Positions 39,402-52,849 are shown, counted from the whole stretch's first letter. The stretch: DNA of 63,133 bases, filler included, from Octopus bimaculoides (GCF_001194135.2; 5 parts of 5 records of this genome joined end to end with filler, not necessarily neighbours in it); one strand, 5' to 3'. A program made the numbers and translations. The notes: generated from the sequence alone by a model not told the origin.

Positions 39402-41562
39402 CATTACTAGCAATACCAGCATTGTAAACTACAAAAAGGATTTTGACCTACGTCAAATGTAGTGAAACATCACAACAAAGTGTACGGGAAGATGATACCA
39501 CAGAACGGAAAGGAAGAATCGGGTAAAACCCTGCTACACGAAGTTCGAAGACGGTTTCTATATACCATCGAATAAGCAGAGAAACAAAACATTACACAAT
39601 GTTCAGCATAACGTGTATTACATTAATAGGAATATAGTAGATCGAAGAAAGTGTCCAGCTTTAAAATTTGAACATGGCGCATGAGAAATTATGCCTCAAT
39701 CATCTGCCCATAGTTTAGCAATGTAGAAGGCAAATCAAACCTCAAAGCTAGGATATTGCCGAAATTTGTCATCATGGTTGGAACAAATTATGTCAAATTA
39801 TGTGCTAATTTGACACAGTATGAAATATATTTGGTGATATTCTGTTTGGGTGATATTCTGTAAGACGGGCATCGGCTGCAAGAAATATGTAAATGGTAAG
39901 ACTGCTAAGATCTCATTTATAAATCAGTTATCGTTAAATATGAAAAGAACGCACGAAGTTAATTAGAGCCGTATCCTAACGATACCCAGATAGCGACTTC
40001 AAACCAACATTCCAACGTCATTGCTTCAGTTCTTGTTTTTATATAAATACGGATACAAAGCCTGATATATCCATGTAAACCTCTCTTTGTAACAAGTATT
40101 GGTATGAATGAATGGACCCTGATAGAGAAACAAAAGGAGATATTATTTGTACTAGCTGGTGTTACTGAATTCGCATTTTCTTTATACTTTTTGTTGTTGT
40201 TTTTTTTTTTGTTTTTTTTGCTTTTCATTTTGCTCGGTATTCTGGTAGTATCACTTAATTATTACAAAAATTCACGGCAGGAATTGATAAATCTTTCATA
40301 GAATATTTGATATCTCGATGTAAATCCTGTTAGTAAATGTACTTGCAATGTTTATAATGTTATTTATGATTCCCCTGGTAACAGTGAAAATTTCAAATTT
40401 GCAAAGTTTGTAATTATCTAAAATGTCTGGTGTAACAGAATAATATATGTAACAGAATAATATATATTCATTGAATTATTAAGCACATCTTTTGTGTTTC
40501 TAAACTATGCTGTATTTCATTTTAGCAACAGTATCGTCATCAATAAGTATATGTATGAGTCTATCTATGCGTGCATCTACATATTTACTAAGAGTTGAAT
40601 TAAACACTGTTCTCAATACACATAAGTAAATATTATTCATTTATTTGCAGCTGACTGTTTTATCCTTCACAGCTCCAAGTTTTTCGTTCCTGCTTCGGAG
40701 AACATATTTACTACGATGATTGATTACTCATTTTACGAAATACGATGCCACTGTGAAGAGGTTCACAGTATCATATTTAAAGATTACGTTACGTACATAC
40801 AACTCATTGTCAATTTCTAAGTTACGATTCTAAATGTTGGTACTGCTGAACATTTCCCTAAAGTTAACTCACTCTACATTTATATAAATTCGGCTACACT
40901 TATATAGTTTCAGTTTGCCTACTGTTTGGGGAATGAAATGGCCTAAATGAAATCTCTTCGAAAGATCGTTAGATTAATTTCACTGTATTTCAATCATCCC
41001 GACTTGTTACACAGTGTCAAACTAAATTTCCCTGTAAACGGTGAGAGCGGTAAATGCGTCAGAGAATGACTAACCACTTATATTTAGTTCAACGAGTACA
41101 CACTTTAGGTGATGGAAAGATTAAAAAACTCATCGCTATAGCTGACGGAGATCCAGCTAAGTGAGAAAGTGAGTTTAAGAGAGAATAGGAAGAAATAAAG
41201 AGAGAGAGAGGGGGGAGAAAGAGAGAGAGGGAGAGAAAGATAGAGAGGGAGAGAGAGATAGAGAGGGAGGGACTGAGGGGAGAAAGAACGAGTGACAGGC
41301 AGGCAGACAGTGAGCATGAGTGAAGGATAAGATACACATTCCATTTATGTACATATAGAAATATACACGCCTAAGCTCGAATTAAACCCTGTTTATATAC
41401 ACTTCGCTACCCATAATAAATCACGCACAAATAGTAAAAATTCGTACGTGTTTGTATTTGTAAGTGCTCATGTATATGCGCGCGAGCGAGTGTCTACGCG
41501 TATATGTGTGTGTATATATATATGTATGTATATGTGTATACAAACACACACACACACACACA

Positions 41563-42243
41563 TTGGGTCATTCCATACGGTTTTTTCAATTGCATGAAGA
41601 GAAATGGTTTCTCTATGGAAATGTGAAGCGCCGAAGACAGTCGGTAGGGAAAGGAGAAAGTGTGGCTTCCCAGGCTAAAGAAGATCTTCACCCACGTAAT
41701 GTATTGTTATCTGTTTGGTGGGATATGAAAGGTTTTGTCTACTTTGAACTTTTAAAACTTAACCAAACGATAACAAAGCAAATTTACTGCGAGCAGCTTC
41801 AGAGACTTAGGTCAGAGCTAGAAGAAAAAGGACCATCTTTGGTTTGAAGACGAACGGTGTTCTTCCACCAGGATAATGCTCGGCCACATACAGCGAGGAT
41901 GACATTCCAAAGGCTGGAGCAGTTTGAATGGGAAACAATGCCCCATCCACCATTTTCGCTGGATATTGCCCCATGTGATTAACATTTATTCTGCAGTCTA
42001 CAAAACAATTTGGACGGAAAAATATGAATTAAGCAGACGTGGTCAGAACAGTGCTTGAGGAATATTTCTAGTCGCAGAGAAGTGACTATTGGAAGAGGGG
42101 CCTGGCAAGTCTACCACATAGCTGGAAGAGCATTGTAGAAAACAAAGGAGATTATCTTTTAGATTAAAAATGAGCTTTGTTAATCTTAAATTTGTTAAGT
42201 GTAAGAAGTATAAAACAACCGCATTATTTATGGGATAGCCTAA
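41563..42243 (+). mobile_element. Internally deleted (non-autonomous) mariner, same family as 6299-8225
   Basis: Left TIR ttgggtcattccata...cggttttttcaattgc is fused directly to EKWFLY...LHPRNVLLSVWWDMKG; HQDNARPH motif at about 41865; right TIR then TA at 42244-42245. Confidence 0.88.
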
Positions 42244-42312
42244 TATATACACCTATATAGAAAAAGATGGCCATCCCGAAATATATATACTTGTGTATAT
42301 ATATATATATAT

Positions 42313-42343
<31 letters not shown>

Positions 42344-42460
42344 GATATGTGTGTGTCTGTGTGTGTGTATACATACACATACACCCATCTCTATCTATAT
42401 ATATATACATATATACATTTACATACATCTCTCTCCCCTCTCTCTCTTTCTCTTTCTCTC

Positions 42461-42498
<38 letters not shown>

Positions 42499-44687
42499 CA
42501 CTCACACACCGCTACATTTATATACCTGTATACATGCGAGTATGTGTGTGTGTTTTTATGTTTGTGACACATACGCACACTCACATATGTATATCCGGGT
42601 ACATACAAAACATTGTCTTTTCAGTGGTTTCTTTCATTCACTGTGTTCTTTTCCTTATCACTGTATTCCTTCTCTCTTACACTGTGCTGCAAACGTACGC
42701 AAATACATTTCTTTCACGACTTGACACATTGAAATGACCAGAAAACATATGTACACAAGTGACACAAACCAAATAAAAACTTGCCCAGTGCGCGACATAT
42801 GTTAAAATATAAAGAATCTCTTCCTTTCTGGTACTTCTATGTTAATATTATACGAATGTATATTTATCTTAGCGTGTACTGTAATCCTAAACCTCCCTTT
42901 TAGCAGATGGGGTGGAGATAAATCCGTTGGTAAAGAATTAAAAGGAGTTTGGGCTATCAAATCAATTTCTTTGTTACAGTTAATTTAAGTAAGATCTCGG
43001 TTGATGACATGAGGTAAACAAAGCGTCTTGATGGTGTAAGTACGTGATGGCAGTACAGTATTGTAGAAGACAAAACCTTCCGAATATTTCCTGTTATATT
43101 CGTCTTAAACGAGTTATATACAAAGAAATGGAATTGCTAATCTCAGAAGAAATTAGATTACCAACGAAATTGTTTTGTTTTTAAATCTGGTGCATTTATC
43201 GCTTTTAAATGTTGATAGTATATTCCGCCCCCGAAATGTCATGCCTTGTGCTTATAATAGAAAGGAATACACAACCAACATATTTGAAAACAATAAATGC
43301 AGCAGATTGTTTTTAAATATGTTGATAGTATATTGCTTTATTTCTGTGAAAATCGCTGAATCTACCAATCGCGAGGAAAGACATGTGCATTCCTCAGAGA
43401 TCTTATATGCAATAAACTGATATTCGTTTTGAAGGGAAGCCTTGTCTTTCATAACCATCCCAGCAAATTTAATGACACGCCAATTAGGGAAAAGTTACAT
43501 GCTTGTTTGACCATCTGGAAATAGTAGCCAAATCTCTACCAAATTAGTTTCTGCTGTAAAACATAACAGGATGTAACATTGAATAAATAGCTTGAGATAA
43601 GCTACATGAAAAAAAAAAAAAAAGAAAACCCGGAGGGTTACAGGTAGAATGTCTCTAGTCGTAGGTTTGCTAGAAAACAGCTGATCTATAATTAAATAAT
43701 AAGAAACATATATTTGTGGATGTACGGACTTTCATGCTTTGATGTCAATATAGAGAACACACCTAAACTTACGCTAACTGAGGGGAATTTAATGTGAGAC
43801 CTTCTGCTTGTGACATATTATGTTTGTTACCTGTTCAACGTATATCTCAGTTGAGTGTCTAATCAGCGGGTACCTATGAAGATTGTGGCGCTTTCGGGAC
43901 TCTTCAAAGGAGAGATCCTCTAAACAGATACTTCTTACTTCAATCATTATATTCAACATATCTAGTGCTAATTTTTTTAATGGTATCTCATGTTTATGGA
44001 ATTAATGTATAATCCTTCATTAAAAGGACTTCTGTTATTTTTTTAATGAAACATTCGAAATAGAAACAAGCATGCATCTCTTGTTAATTCCCAAATAGTT
44101 CCAAGTTCTTTAATTTTTGCGTATCTGGAAGAACCATCGACAAACGCAGAATAACGACCACGTTGAGAAAAGTCTGCTTATATTCTCTGAGAAATAATAT
44201 TATCACGCTGTGATGAGAATTGCAAATTCTGCTGAAAACTTTAATTCTTGTTTTCATAAATATTGAGATGTTTACGCGAAAAAGTTTAAAGGAAAAATCC
44301 AGGAGAATAATTACAATGTAGCTAAATGTTACTTAAGTGTCCAAAGATGTAAATCCAGGATACTAAGTAGTATGTAGTCGAAAATACGAAAATTAAACAA
44401 CGAAACGAACTCTGGGGATATAGTTAAGATAATTTATATCTTGAATTCTTCTACATATGTTCCGATAGATGCACTCCAAAATGTCCAGCAGGATAAATTA
44501 TGGTCGCCAATGCATCAATATTATCAGGAAGGATATAAACTCATTAAACATACATGTTAACAGAAATAGAAAGCCCTATAAAATGCAATATATTCATATT
44601 CATATGCACACATATATATGTATATCTGTATGTGCGTGTGCATGTATGTATGTATGTATGTATGTAAGTATGTATGTATGCATATAT

Positions 44688-44728
<41 letters not shown>

Positions 44729-45363
44729 NNNNNNNNNNNNNNNNNNNNNNNNNNNNNNNNNNNNNNNNNNNNNNNNNNNNNNNNNNNNNNNNNNNNNNNN
44801 NNNNNNNNNNNNNNNNNNNNNNNNNNNNNNNNNNNNNNNNNNNNNNNNNNNNNNNNNNNNNNNNNNNNNNNNNNNNNNNNNNNNNNNNNNNNNNNNNNNN
44901 NNNNNNNNNNNNNNNNNNNNNNNNNNNNNNNNNNNNNNNNNNNNNTATATATATGCTTATATAAAGATTTAAAAGCTAATGAACAAATCAAGATTTATTC
45001 CTTGTTGCCAATATCGTTGCCGGTCAAAACTAATTGTAAATAAAAAAGGCATATATAAAAAAGACTTCCATACATCCCTCCCTCCCTCCATTCATCCATC
45101 CATCTATTCTTCCATCCATCCATCCATCTATCTATCCATCCATCCATACATACATACATACATATATACATACATACAGGCATACATACATGTGCATAAA
45201 CATGCACACATCAACTGATTCAGCCGACCACAAACCCTGACAGCTTTCTTAATTGGAAGAAAAGTGTACTGCCAATTGGTTAGTGGCCAGCTACAGTTCT
45301 CCAAATGACAGAAGAAAAGTGATACACGCACACACACACGCACACTCACACGCACACACACAC

Positions 45364-45401
<38 letters not shown>

Positions 45402-45736
45402 ATGCCAAGGCATATTCATGCACACATGCACGCTCTCACGCACAATAAAAAGCAAACATCATGGTGATTCTCTACGATTCAAATTTATTAGCTTATGCAG
45501 TTTAATATCATGTTAAATATTGATAATATTACGTAGAAAAAATTGGGAGAAAAGGAAAGAAAACATAAAAAGTATTCTAGTACTAGCGAGAAGTAAAACG
45601 TACTAATTAAAACTAGAAGNNNNNNNNNNNNNNNNNNNNNNNNNNNNNNNNNNNNNNNNNNNNTTAATTAATTAANNNNNNNNNNNNNNNNNNNNNNNNN
45701 NNNNNNNNNNNNNNNNNNNATATATATCTATATATA

Positions 45737-45786
<50 letters not shown>

Positions 45787-47084
45787 AATTTACTTGGAAA
45801 TGAATATATATATATATATATTATATGTGTGTGTGTGTGTGTGTGTGCTTCAGCATGACCACGGCCACTTGGCTGAAACGAGTAAAGTTATATAAGCCAC
45901 AAGGCCTCCATCTAATTTTGATCTCTGTCGCAGTCCCTCGATCATATATGTCTCATAGTTTGTTTATACAGTGGAATTTGGGTGTGATTTTGTAATCGAA
46001 ATAAATATATTAGACCTCGCTTATTCTATCAGGGCGAGCGTTAATTATTTTGATCGAATAAACTGACCTGATCGTAAACAAAGCTAACTAAACTGATCAG
46101 AATTTCGGAATCTTGAGAACGTTTTAAAACAATCCGAAATTCGGACAAAGAATGTTTAGATACCCGACGAATGGCTGCTACAAATAAATTGATTCCAGTG
46201 GCACAAAGAATGAATGATATCACAGAAGTTGCTACAATAGGTTCTTCTCTTTCAACAAGTATAGGCGGAGCTACGAAGATGATTGAGTACAGGCGGCGGA
46301 AGTGTTGGTAGTAAAAATAGTAATGGTGTTGTTGTTGTTAGTGGTGGTGGCGGTAATAGGGTCAGTGGTGAGTGAATAAGAGGTAAGTTTTAATGTTCAT
46401 ATAAGTTTACCACATATTTATTGGTGACGTATGAAATGTGCAGCCATGCGTGATGTTTGAAGAGAAGATTGGTGACGCCTGTATCCCAGACAAATGACTG
46501 CTGATCACATTCTTCTGTCTATTGATCTACCTGTTGTCTTCCAACAATGACGGTTTCATTATTTTAGGGTGTCCAAAACTACATTATCCAATGTGTTCCT
46601 TGTGTGATTTGAGATAGATTCGGCTGCTCTTGCTAGCAGCTCTAGTTACCACATACAATTCTTTTTGGTTGCATCGTACTTTATCTCTCAGTTCCTATAC
46701 AACTGACTTAGATCTAGTAGGTTACACGTCTCCATAGATCTTGCATATACCTACCTACCTACCTACCTACCTACCTACCTACCTACCTACATACATACAT
46801 ACATACATACATATATACACAAACATGCATACATATATATATGCATGCATACATAGATACATGCATACATACACATACATACACACATACATACATACAT
46901 GCATACATACATACATATGTACATACATACATATATGTATACATACATGCATGCTTACATACGCGCATACATGCGTACATGCAAGCATATGGATAAAGTT
47001 TAGTGGGTCCAAATGTACATTTTCATCAGAGAAACATGGAAAGGTTGTGCCCTTCTGAACACCTAAAAATGAACAGCTTGACTA

Positions 47085-48400
47085 TACAATCTCTACTGTC
47101 AGGTGACAATTAATAAGTATTTTGGACAAGATAAGAATGTCAGATATGATTGACCCATAAATAAGGAGAGGACCAGGAATGAATATCTCAGGAGAGTAAA
47201 GAGAATATGGTCACCAGAACTCTCAGCCTATAACAAGTATATTACCTACAACGCCCTTTGCAGTGCCTGTCCTCACGCCTACGTTTTTCCTTCTGAACTG
47301 GTCACTACAAGAAGTCAATGAGATAAATGTTCGAACTCGCAAGCTGCTCAAAGAAACTGTAGCATTAATGGCTTATACTTCCCAAGCGAGGATGGTGGCC
47401 GTGGTCTCAAATCTGTATTGATGTCATATGAAGTACAGATTGCTGACGCTGAAACAACATCTGCAGCAGAGGAAAGAGACCAGTAAACATTTAGCCCAAG
47501 TTTGTGACCATGAAATCAACAACATATTGAACTTGAGAAGTATGAAATAAGAGCTGATACAGACCTCTCCCCAAGGAGAATTGGTAAAATGTATTTATCA
47601 GAAGACCAAAATAAAACATTGGACCAGTTTATTGAGAAGATAGTATATGGGTACTTGGCACACAAAACACAAACCATAGAAGAGACTGATCATGTCAAAA
47701 GCTTGGCATAGACTACTGAAAAGTTTGTAATTTCGTAGCCACTTCGAAGGCAACCTCCATGCAATTCAAAAACAAGTACTTACAGCATAAAAGGCAGAAA
47801 ACGTTGACAGAAAACAAATGTTGGCTGTGCACGACCAAAACTAAAAACATCAACAACATTATGCCAGCTGTAAGAGAATGTCTTCCAGATATTATCTTCC
47901 CATGAGGCATGATGCAGTGGTCACGACAGCCTGGAACAAGATAACAAAAAACAAAACATCTACAGATGAAGTTGACTATATTAAGACCGATGGGGTCAAA
48001 AGAATACGAGTGGAACTTAAAAATTAAAACAGTCACCAAGTTAAAACACAACCGGCCAGAAATTGTTGTGTGGGACCACGAGGAAACGATATGTTCTGCT
48101 ATGGAAATCAGCTCCCCTCTGGACACCACTGTGGTTAGAAAAATACAAGAGAGAGAGGGGACATCTATGGACCATTGACAAGGAGTTTGCAAATCCAGTA
48201 CCCAAGATACACCCTCAGTTTCGTATTTTTGGAGCAACAGTATACATACCTACTCGTCTGGAGCAAATTATGGTTGAACTTAGCTTCTTGGGGGAGAGAA
48301 CGCAAATCCTTAATTCATGCACGACAAATGATCACGATGTCCGAGACAATAAAAATCTGCAAGACCTTAAGATTTAGCAGATGATTAACAAAGCAAGATG
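47085..48400 (+). mobile_element. R4/Dong-like non-LTR retrotransposon 3' remnant
   Basis: Frameshifted YFGQD, YLRRVKRIWSPELSAYNK, RTRKLLKE, RHDAVV and KHNRPEIVVWD (RLE). Confidence 0.78.
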
Positions 48401-48684
48401 CTTTGACCAGGTGGCCGGTCAAAATTTATTCTAAATTAAAATGAGAAAGGAAACATACATGCGTGCGTGCGTGTGTGCGTGCGTACATACGTACATATGT
48501 AAGTATCACTCAGGTTAAATATAGCACCATAGGTGACAATTCCTTTTGAAGTTAGTGTCTGCAAGGGGGAATCTCATTGAACTACAGATTAATGGAATAT
48601 CTCAAGCAAGGTTTAAAGATAGGAAGCGTAATTTGTGGAAAAGTAATAACAGTGCTAAAAAATATGCACTACTCATGGAGAAAG

Positions 48685-48780
48685 TGCAGTTGTAAGTTAC
48701 TACTTACCTTGTTGTAAGTTGCAGTTATAAGTTACTACTTACCTTGTAAGTGCAGTTGTAAGTTACTGTCTTACCTGGTT
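48685..48780. repeat. Minisatellite, about 3 units of 30-35 bp (gtgcagttgtaagttactacttacct)
   Basis: Direct reading. Confidence 0.8.
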
Positions 48781-48891
48781 GAATCAAGTTTCAGCTGCGT
48801 CTCAAACTTGATATCAAAAACTCTTAACCGATTCGACATTGTACAAAGAGGTGATCTTCGATTATCAGTGACAACGTTGGAGCTGAATATT

Positions 48892-49078
48892 CCTTTCTAC
48901 TCTAGGTACAAGGCCCGAAATCTTTTGGGGAGGAGGCCTGTCGATTAGATCGACCCCAGTACGCTACTGGTACTTAATTTATCGACCCCGAAAGGATGAA
49001 AGGCAAAGTCGACCTCGGCGGAATTTGATCTCAGAATGTAAAGACAGACGAAACATCGCTAAGCCAGCTCGCCACCTT
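48892..49078 (-). mobile_element. SINE family C with 16-bp TSD and a deletion in the head
   Basis: TSD gttggagctgaatatt at 48876-48891 and 49079-49094. Confidence 0.92.
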
Positions 49079-49315
49079 GTTGGAGCTGAATATTACAAAA
49101 GTAGAAGAGCAGCATCGACCAAATTAACTCACTTTGAATAAAATAGCACTAAATAAATATTTCTTGTATATTTATGATTTAATTTATTAGTGAACATAGA
49201 ATTTAGTTAATTGTTAAAGTTCATGTGCAATAAATTGATTATATTTCTACAATAAACAAAATATTTAAAGAATTTTTTAAATACAATTTCTAAGAATACT
49301 TAATCATGAAAATAT

Positions 49316-49601
49316 AGGCGCAGGAGTGGTAAGTAGTTTGCTTACCAACCACATGGTTCTGTGTTTAATCCCACTGCGTGGCACCTTGGGCAAGTGCTTT
49401 CTACTATAGACTCGGGCCGACCAAATCCTCGTGAGTGGATTTGGTAGACGGAAACTGAAAGAAGCCCGTCGTTACTCTTTTTCCAAAATTTAATTCTTTT
49501 CCATACTTACAGTTGAAAAAGTCTGAACGACTGAAACCAATACTGAAATGTTTTTTATAAAATTAATTTAGCATTTTCTACCTTGACTTTTTTTTCCATA
49601 C

Positions 49602-49648
<47 letters not shown>

Positions 49649-49815
49649 TGTCCCCCAACACCGCTTGACGACCGATACTGGGGTCTTTACGTCTCCGTTG
49701 CTTAGCTTACTAGGCTTACAAAGAATAAGTCCTGGGGTCGATTTCTTCGACTAAAAGCGGTGCTTCAGCACGGCCGCAGTCAATTGACTGAAATAAGTTA
49801 AAGAGAGTAAAGAGT
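49316..49815 (+). mobile_element. SINE family A with AT-rich insertion in the central linker
   Basis: Head 49316-49472; about 120 bp of unrelated sequence; (TG)n then tail to about 49815. Confidence 0.85.
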
Positions 49816-50051
49816 ATACGATAAGTTTTCTTTTAAAAAACATCGAATGGTTATGGAAGTCGGGTAGAATAAAATAGGATTCAAAGGAGTCCATAGAAGA
49901 AAAAGGAAAAGGGTGAGAATCGTTACTGTAGAATACAACCAGGTATTTGTTTGCCGAATTGGAAAGAGGGCGTTGCAAGAGTAAATTAGTGGTAACAACT
50001 ACATCATCCAGTAAAATACGGGTGTATACAGTCATAAGATTAAGGACTTAA

Positions 50052-50390
50052 CATCGGGGGTCGATAAATTAAGTACCAGTTGCATACTGGGTCGATCTAA
50101 TCGACTGGCCCCCTCCCTCCAAAATTTCAGGCCTTGTACCTAGAGTAGAAAGGAATATAGAAGGATTTTAAGGCGGTGAGCTGGCAGAAACGTTAGCACG
50201 CCGGGCGAAATGCTTAGCGGTATTTCGTCTGCCGTTACGTTCTGAGTTCAAATTCCGCCGAGGTCGACTTTGCCTTTCCTCCTTTCGGAGCCGATAAATT
50301 AAGTACCAGTTGCGTACTGGGGTCGATCTAATCGACTGGACCCATCACCCAAAATTTCGGGCCTTGTGCCTAGAGTAGATAAGAATATAA
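50052..50390 (+). mobile_element. Tandem SINE family C: 3' half copy followed by a full-length copy
   Basis: Two gtcgataaattaagtaccag cores; the second copy is flanked by gaatatagaaggat / gaatataaaaggat. Confidence 0.88.
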
Positions 50391-50502
50391 AAGGATATTG
50401 CTGTAGATATCCCGAAAGTCCCATAGAAGATCTATGCATTTATTTAAGACGATAAGCTTGTTGAGGGAAATTTGGTTATCTCAGTGATGACATCATGTAT
50501 AA

Positions 50503-50675
50503 CACACTAGTGTAGTTGGGGGGAGGAGCGGTAGAGGCGGTCCGCCCCTGGAGGCATTTTTGACGAGGGCGGCACTTTTGGCTCTGCTGTAGGCAATATG
50601 TGTTTTTTGTGGGGTCCGTGGGCGACAAACGGAAGGGCCGCCCCGGGCGGCATACACACTAGCTACGCTGGTGTG
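50503..50675. mobile_element. GC-rich short element with degenerate terminal inverted repeats (putative MITE)
   Basis: cacactagtgtagtt versus inverted agctacgctggtgtg; differences are CpG-type transitions; no clean TSD. Confidence 0.5.
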
Positions 50676-50929
50676 TACACTACTTGGAAATCCTTTTATT
50701 CGATTGTGCTGTGGTTCCGAATTTTAAAGAAGGTAGGGAGTCTGTTGAGAGATTAGATTGTTGTATTGTGGTCGCTATTTTAAGAGACATACTTCGTTAC
50801 CACATTGAGCCGTGGCCTCGATTTTACTAGGAGCACATGGAATGGCTTGCTGAAAGAAACACCCTAGGATAGTGGGTGAATAGGATGAGTGAAAGGGTGA
50901 GGTGAGGTGTAGTGTAGATGGCAATGGTT

Positions 50930-51155
50930 AGTAGTAGTAGTAGTGGTGTTGTTGTTGTTGTCGGTGGTGATGGTTGTGGCGGTGGTGGTGTTCGTGGTTG
51001 TAGTGGTGGTGGTTGGTAGCGGTGGTAGTGGTGGTGGTAGTGGTGGTGATTGTGGTGTTGTTGTCGGTAGTGATAGTGATGGTGGTGGTGGTGTTGGTAG
51101 TGTTGTTGATGGTGGTGGTGATGATGGCGGTGTTGGTAGTGGTGGCGGTGACGCA
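50930..51155. repeat. GTA/GGT/GTT trinucleotide mosaic
   Basis: Direct reading; produces spurious poly-H/T/V/G ORFs. Confidence 0.9.
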
Positions 51156-51658
51156 AACTAAAATGGACAAAGGAGCTAGTCTGAAGAAGTGAATGCTATA
51201 CAATGTTTCTCTGGGTTGACAAATCTAATTTTGATTAGCAAAATAAATTAGAGCAGAACCTCATTAGTGTTGTAGTTGTTGTTACTGTTGTTGTGTAGAC
51301 TGTTTACCTTCTAAATATGTTTATCGGTGTGCAACCAATTGAAACAAGTCTTACTCTCTACGCCCATCTACCTAAATAATTAGAAAGAATGTCACTAAGT
51401 GAAACCGCCTTTTCCGCTCCACTAGCTAAAATATGAGTCTATTCTTTAATTTTTGCTACATATGTAGATGTTGATTGTGATGATGTATGTGTTGGTTCAG
51501 TCCATTACTCCACACAAAAATTACGAGCTAACAATAGAATCTTAATGTGACGAGCGATTTGCTAGAAATAGCAGCGAAATCTTCCTCGACGCACGCCGCC
51601 TCGACGTCCTAAAAAAGGGAAACATTCCCTTGCAAATAGCAAAAACAAAAAAGAAGTG

Positions 51659-51867
51659 GGTAATTTTTCAGATTAACACCCGCACGATCTTCACTAGGGT
51701 TTTAGGGTCAGGGTTAGGGTTTTAGGGTTAGGGTTAGGGAATTCCGTCCCTAACCGTAACCGTAATCCTAACCCTAAACACTAACCCTAAAACCCTAACC
51801 CTGACTCTAAGACCCTAACCCTAACACCCTAGTAAAGATCGTGCGGGTGTTAATCTGAAAAATTACC
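51659..51867. mobile_element. 209-bp palindromic MITE with telomere-like repeats and 8-bp TSD (Merlin-like by GG termini and TSD length)
   Basis: TIR GGTAATTTTTCAGATTAACACCCGCACGATCTT(C/T)ACTAGGGT at both ends; interior (TTAGGG)-like then (CCCTAA)-like arrays; TSD aagaagtg at 51651-51658 and 51868-51875. Confidence 0.88.
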
Positions 51868-52033
51868 AAGAAGTGGGGGATAGTGAGAGATAGAATCCGT
51901 TTGACCTTTGGCATTCTCGCTCAGGGTTGACCTGTGGCTAAACAACAGCAACAGGTGCAGCAGCGGCAACAACAGCAACAGTAACAGCAATAGCGACGAC
52001 GCCGACAACGCTGACCCAATGACACTGCGGGAC

Positions 52034-52541
52034 GCGAAATTTTTTTTCCCACGAGAGTTCCGGACCCCAGTTATGAACTCATTTGCGTACAGCCAATCAG
52101 CGCTCAACTCTCGAACTAATGTATGAGCGCATAACAAGGGATGAGCGATAAGATAAGGTCACGTGGGTAAGGAATGACCATGCTTTTCTTTTTTAATAAT
52201 GTTTCTTGTTCTTGTTTCAACCATGGCTGCCTCTGCGTAATTATTTATGTTGTTTAATTTGTAAAACAGTAGGGGCAGAGGGTTGCTAGTACATCACCCT
52301 CTACCCACATCTTTACCATATGGGGCCCTTACAAAATCCGATAATAGGTATAGATGCAAATCTATTTAATTACTTGTCTCCTTCTAAAATCAAGCTTAAC
52401 TTGGCGATCAGTCGACTTACAACACTGTTCTTCGTAGAGTGTGTTTGTTAACTTGACAACAAGGTAAAGGTGAGCTCTGATTGGCTGTATGCAAATGAGT
52501 TCATTGCTGGGGTCCGGAACTCGTGGTAAAATAAATTTCGC
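52034..52541. mobile_element. 508-bp MITE with about 72-bp TIRs and 9-bp TSD (Mutator-like by TSD length)
   Basis: TIRs at 52034-52106 and 52471-52541; TSD ctgcgggac at 52025-52033 and 52542-52550. Confidence 0.9.
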
Positions 52542-52849
52542 CTGCGGGACGTGCTACCGTTTGGCTGTTGAGTACCCTGGTAGAGTGCTTATGTTGTTAT
52601 CTATCCCAGATCAGCCCCTCATATATCAGACCTGTTATCAAAGCCATTGCAGCAATGGCAGTTCTGAACTCATTTCATACAGTGTGTACATGTTGGAAAG
52701 ATTGCAAATTGGAAGATAAAATTTAGCCATTTAGAAACACACAAACACCGTCTTTACTCTAACATTTATTGTTTGTAATATGGTGTCAAAATGTTCGTGG
52801 CTTGAAATTGCAACCTAGTCACTGACAAATGTGTGCAGCATTTAGAATA

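Noticed and set aside
50827-51203. Poly-His/Thr/Gly ORFs
   Set aside because: Trinucleotide low-complexity DNA open in several frames on both strands.
51697-51830. True telomere or telomere-fusion scar
   Set aside because: The repeats are degenerate and enclosed by TIRs and an exact 8-bp TSD, with related termini elsewhere, so a transposon explains them better.
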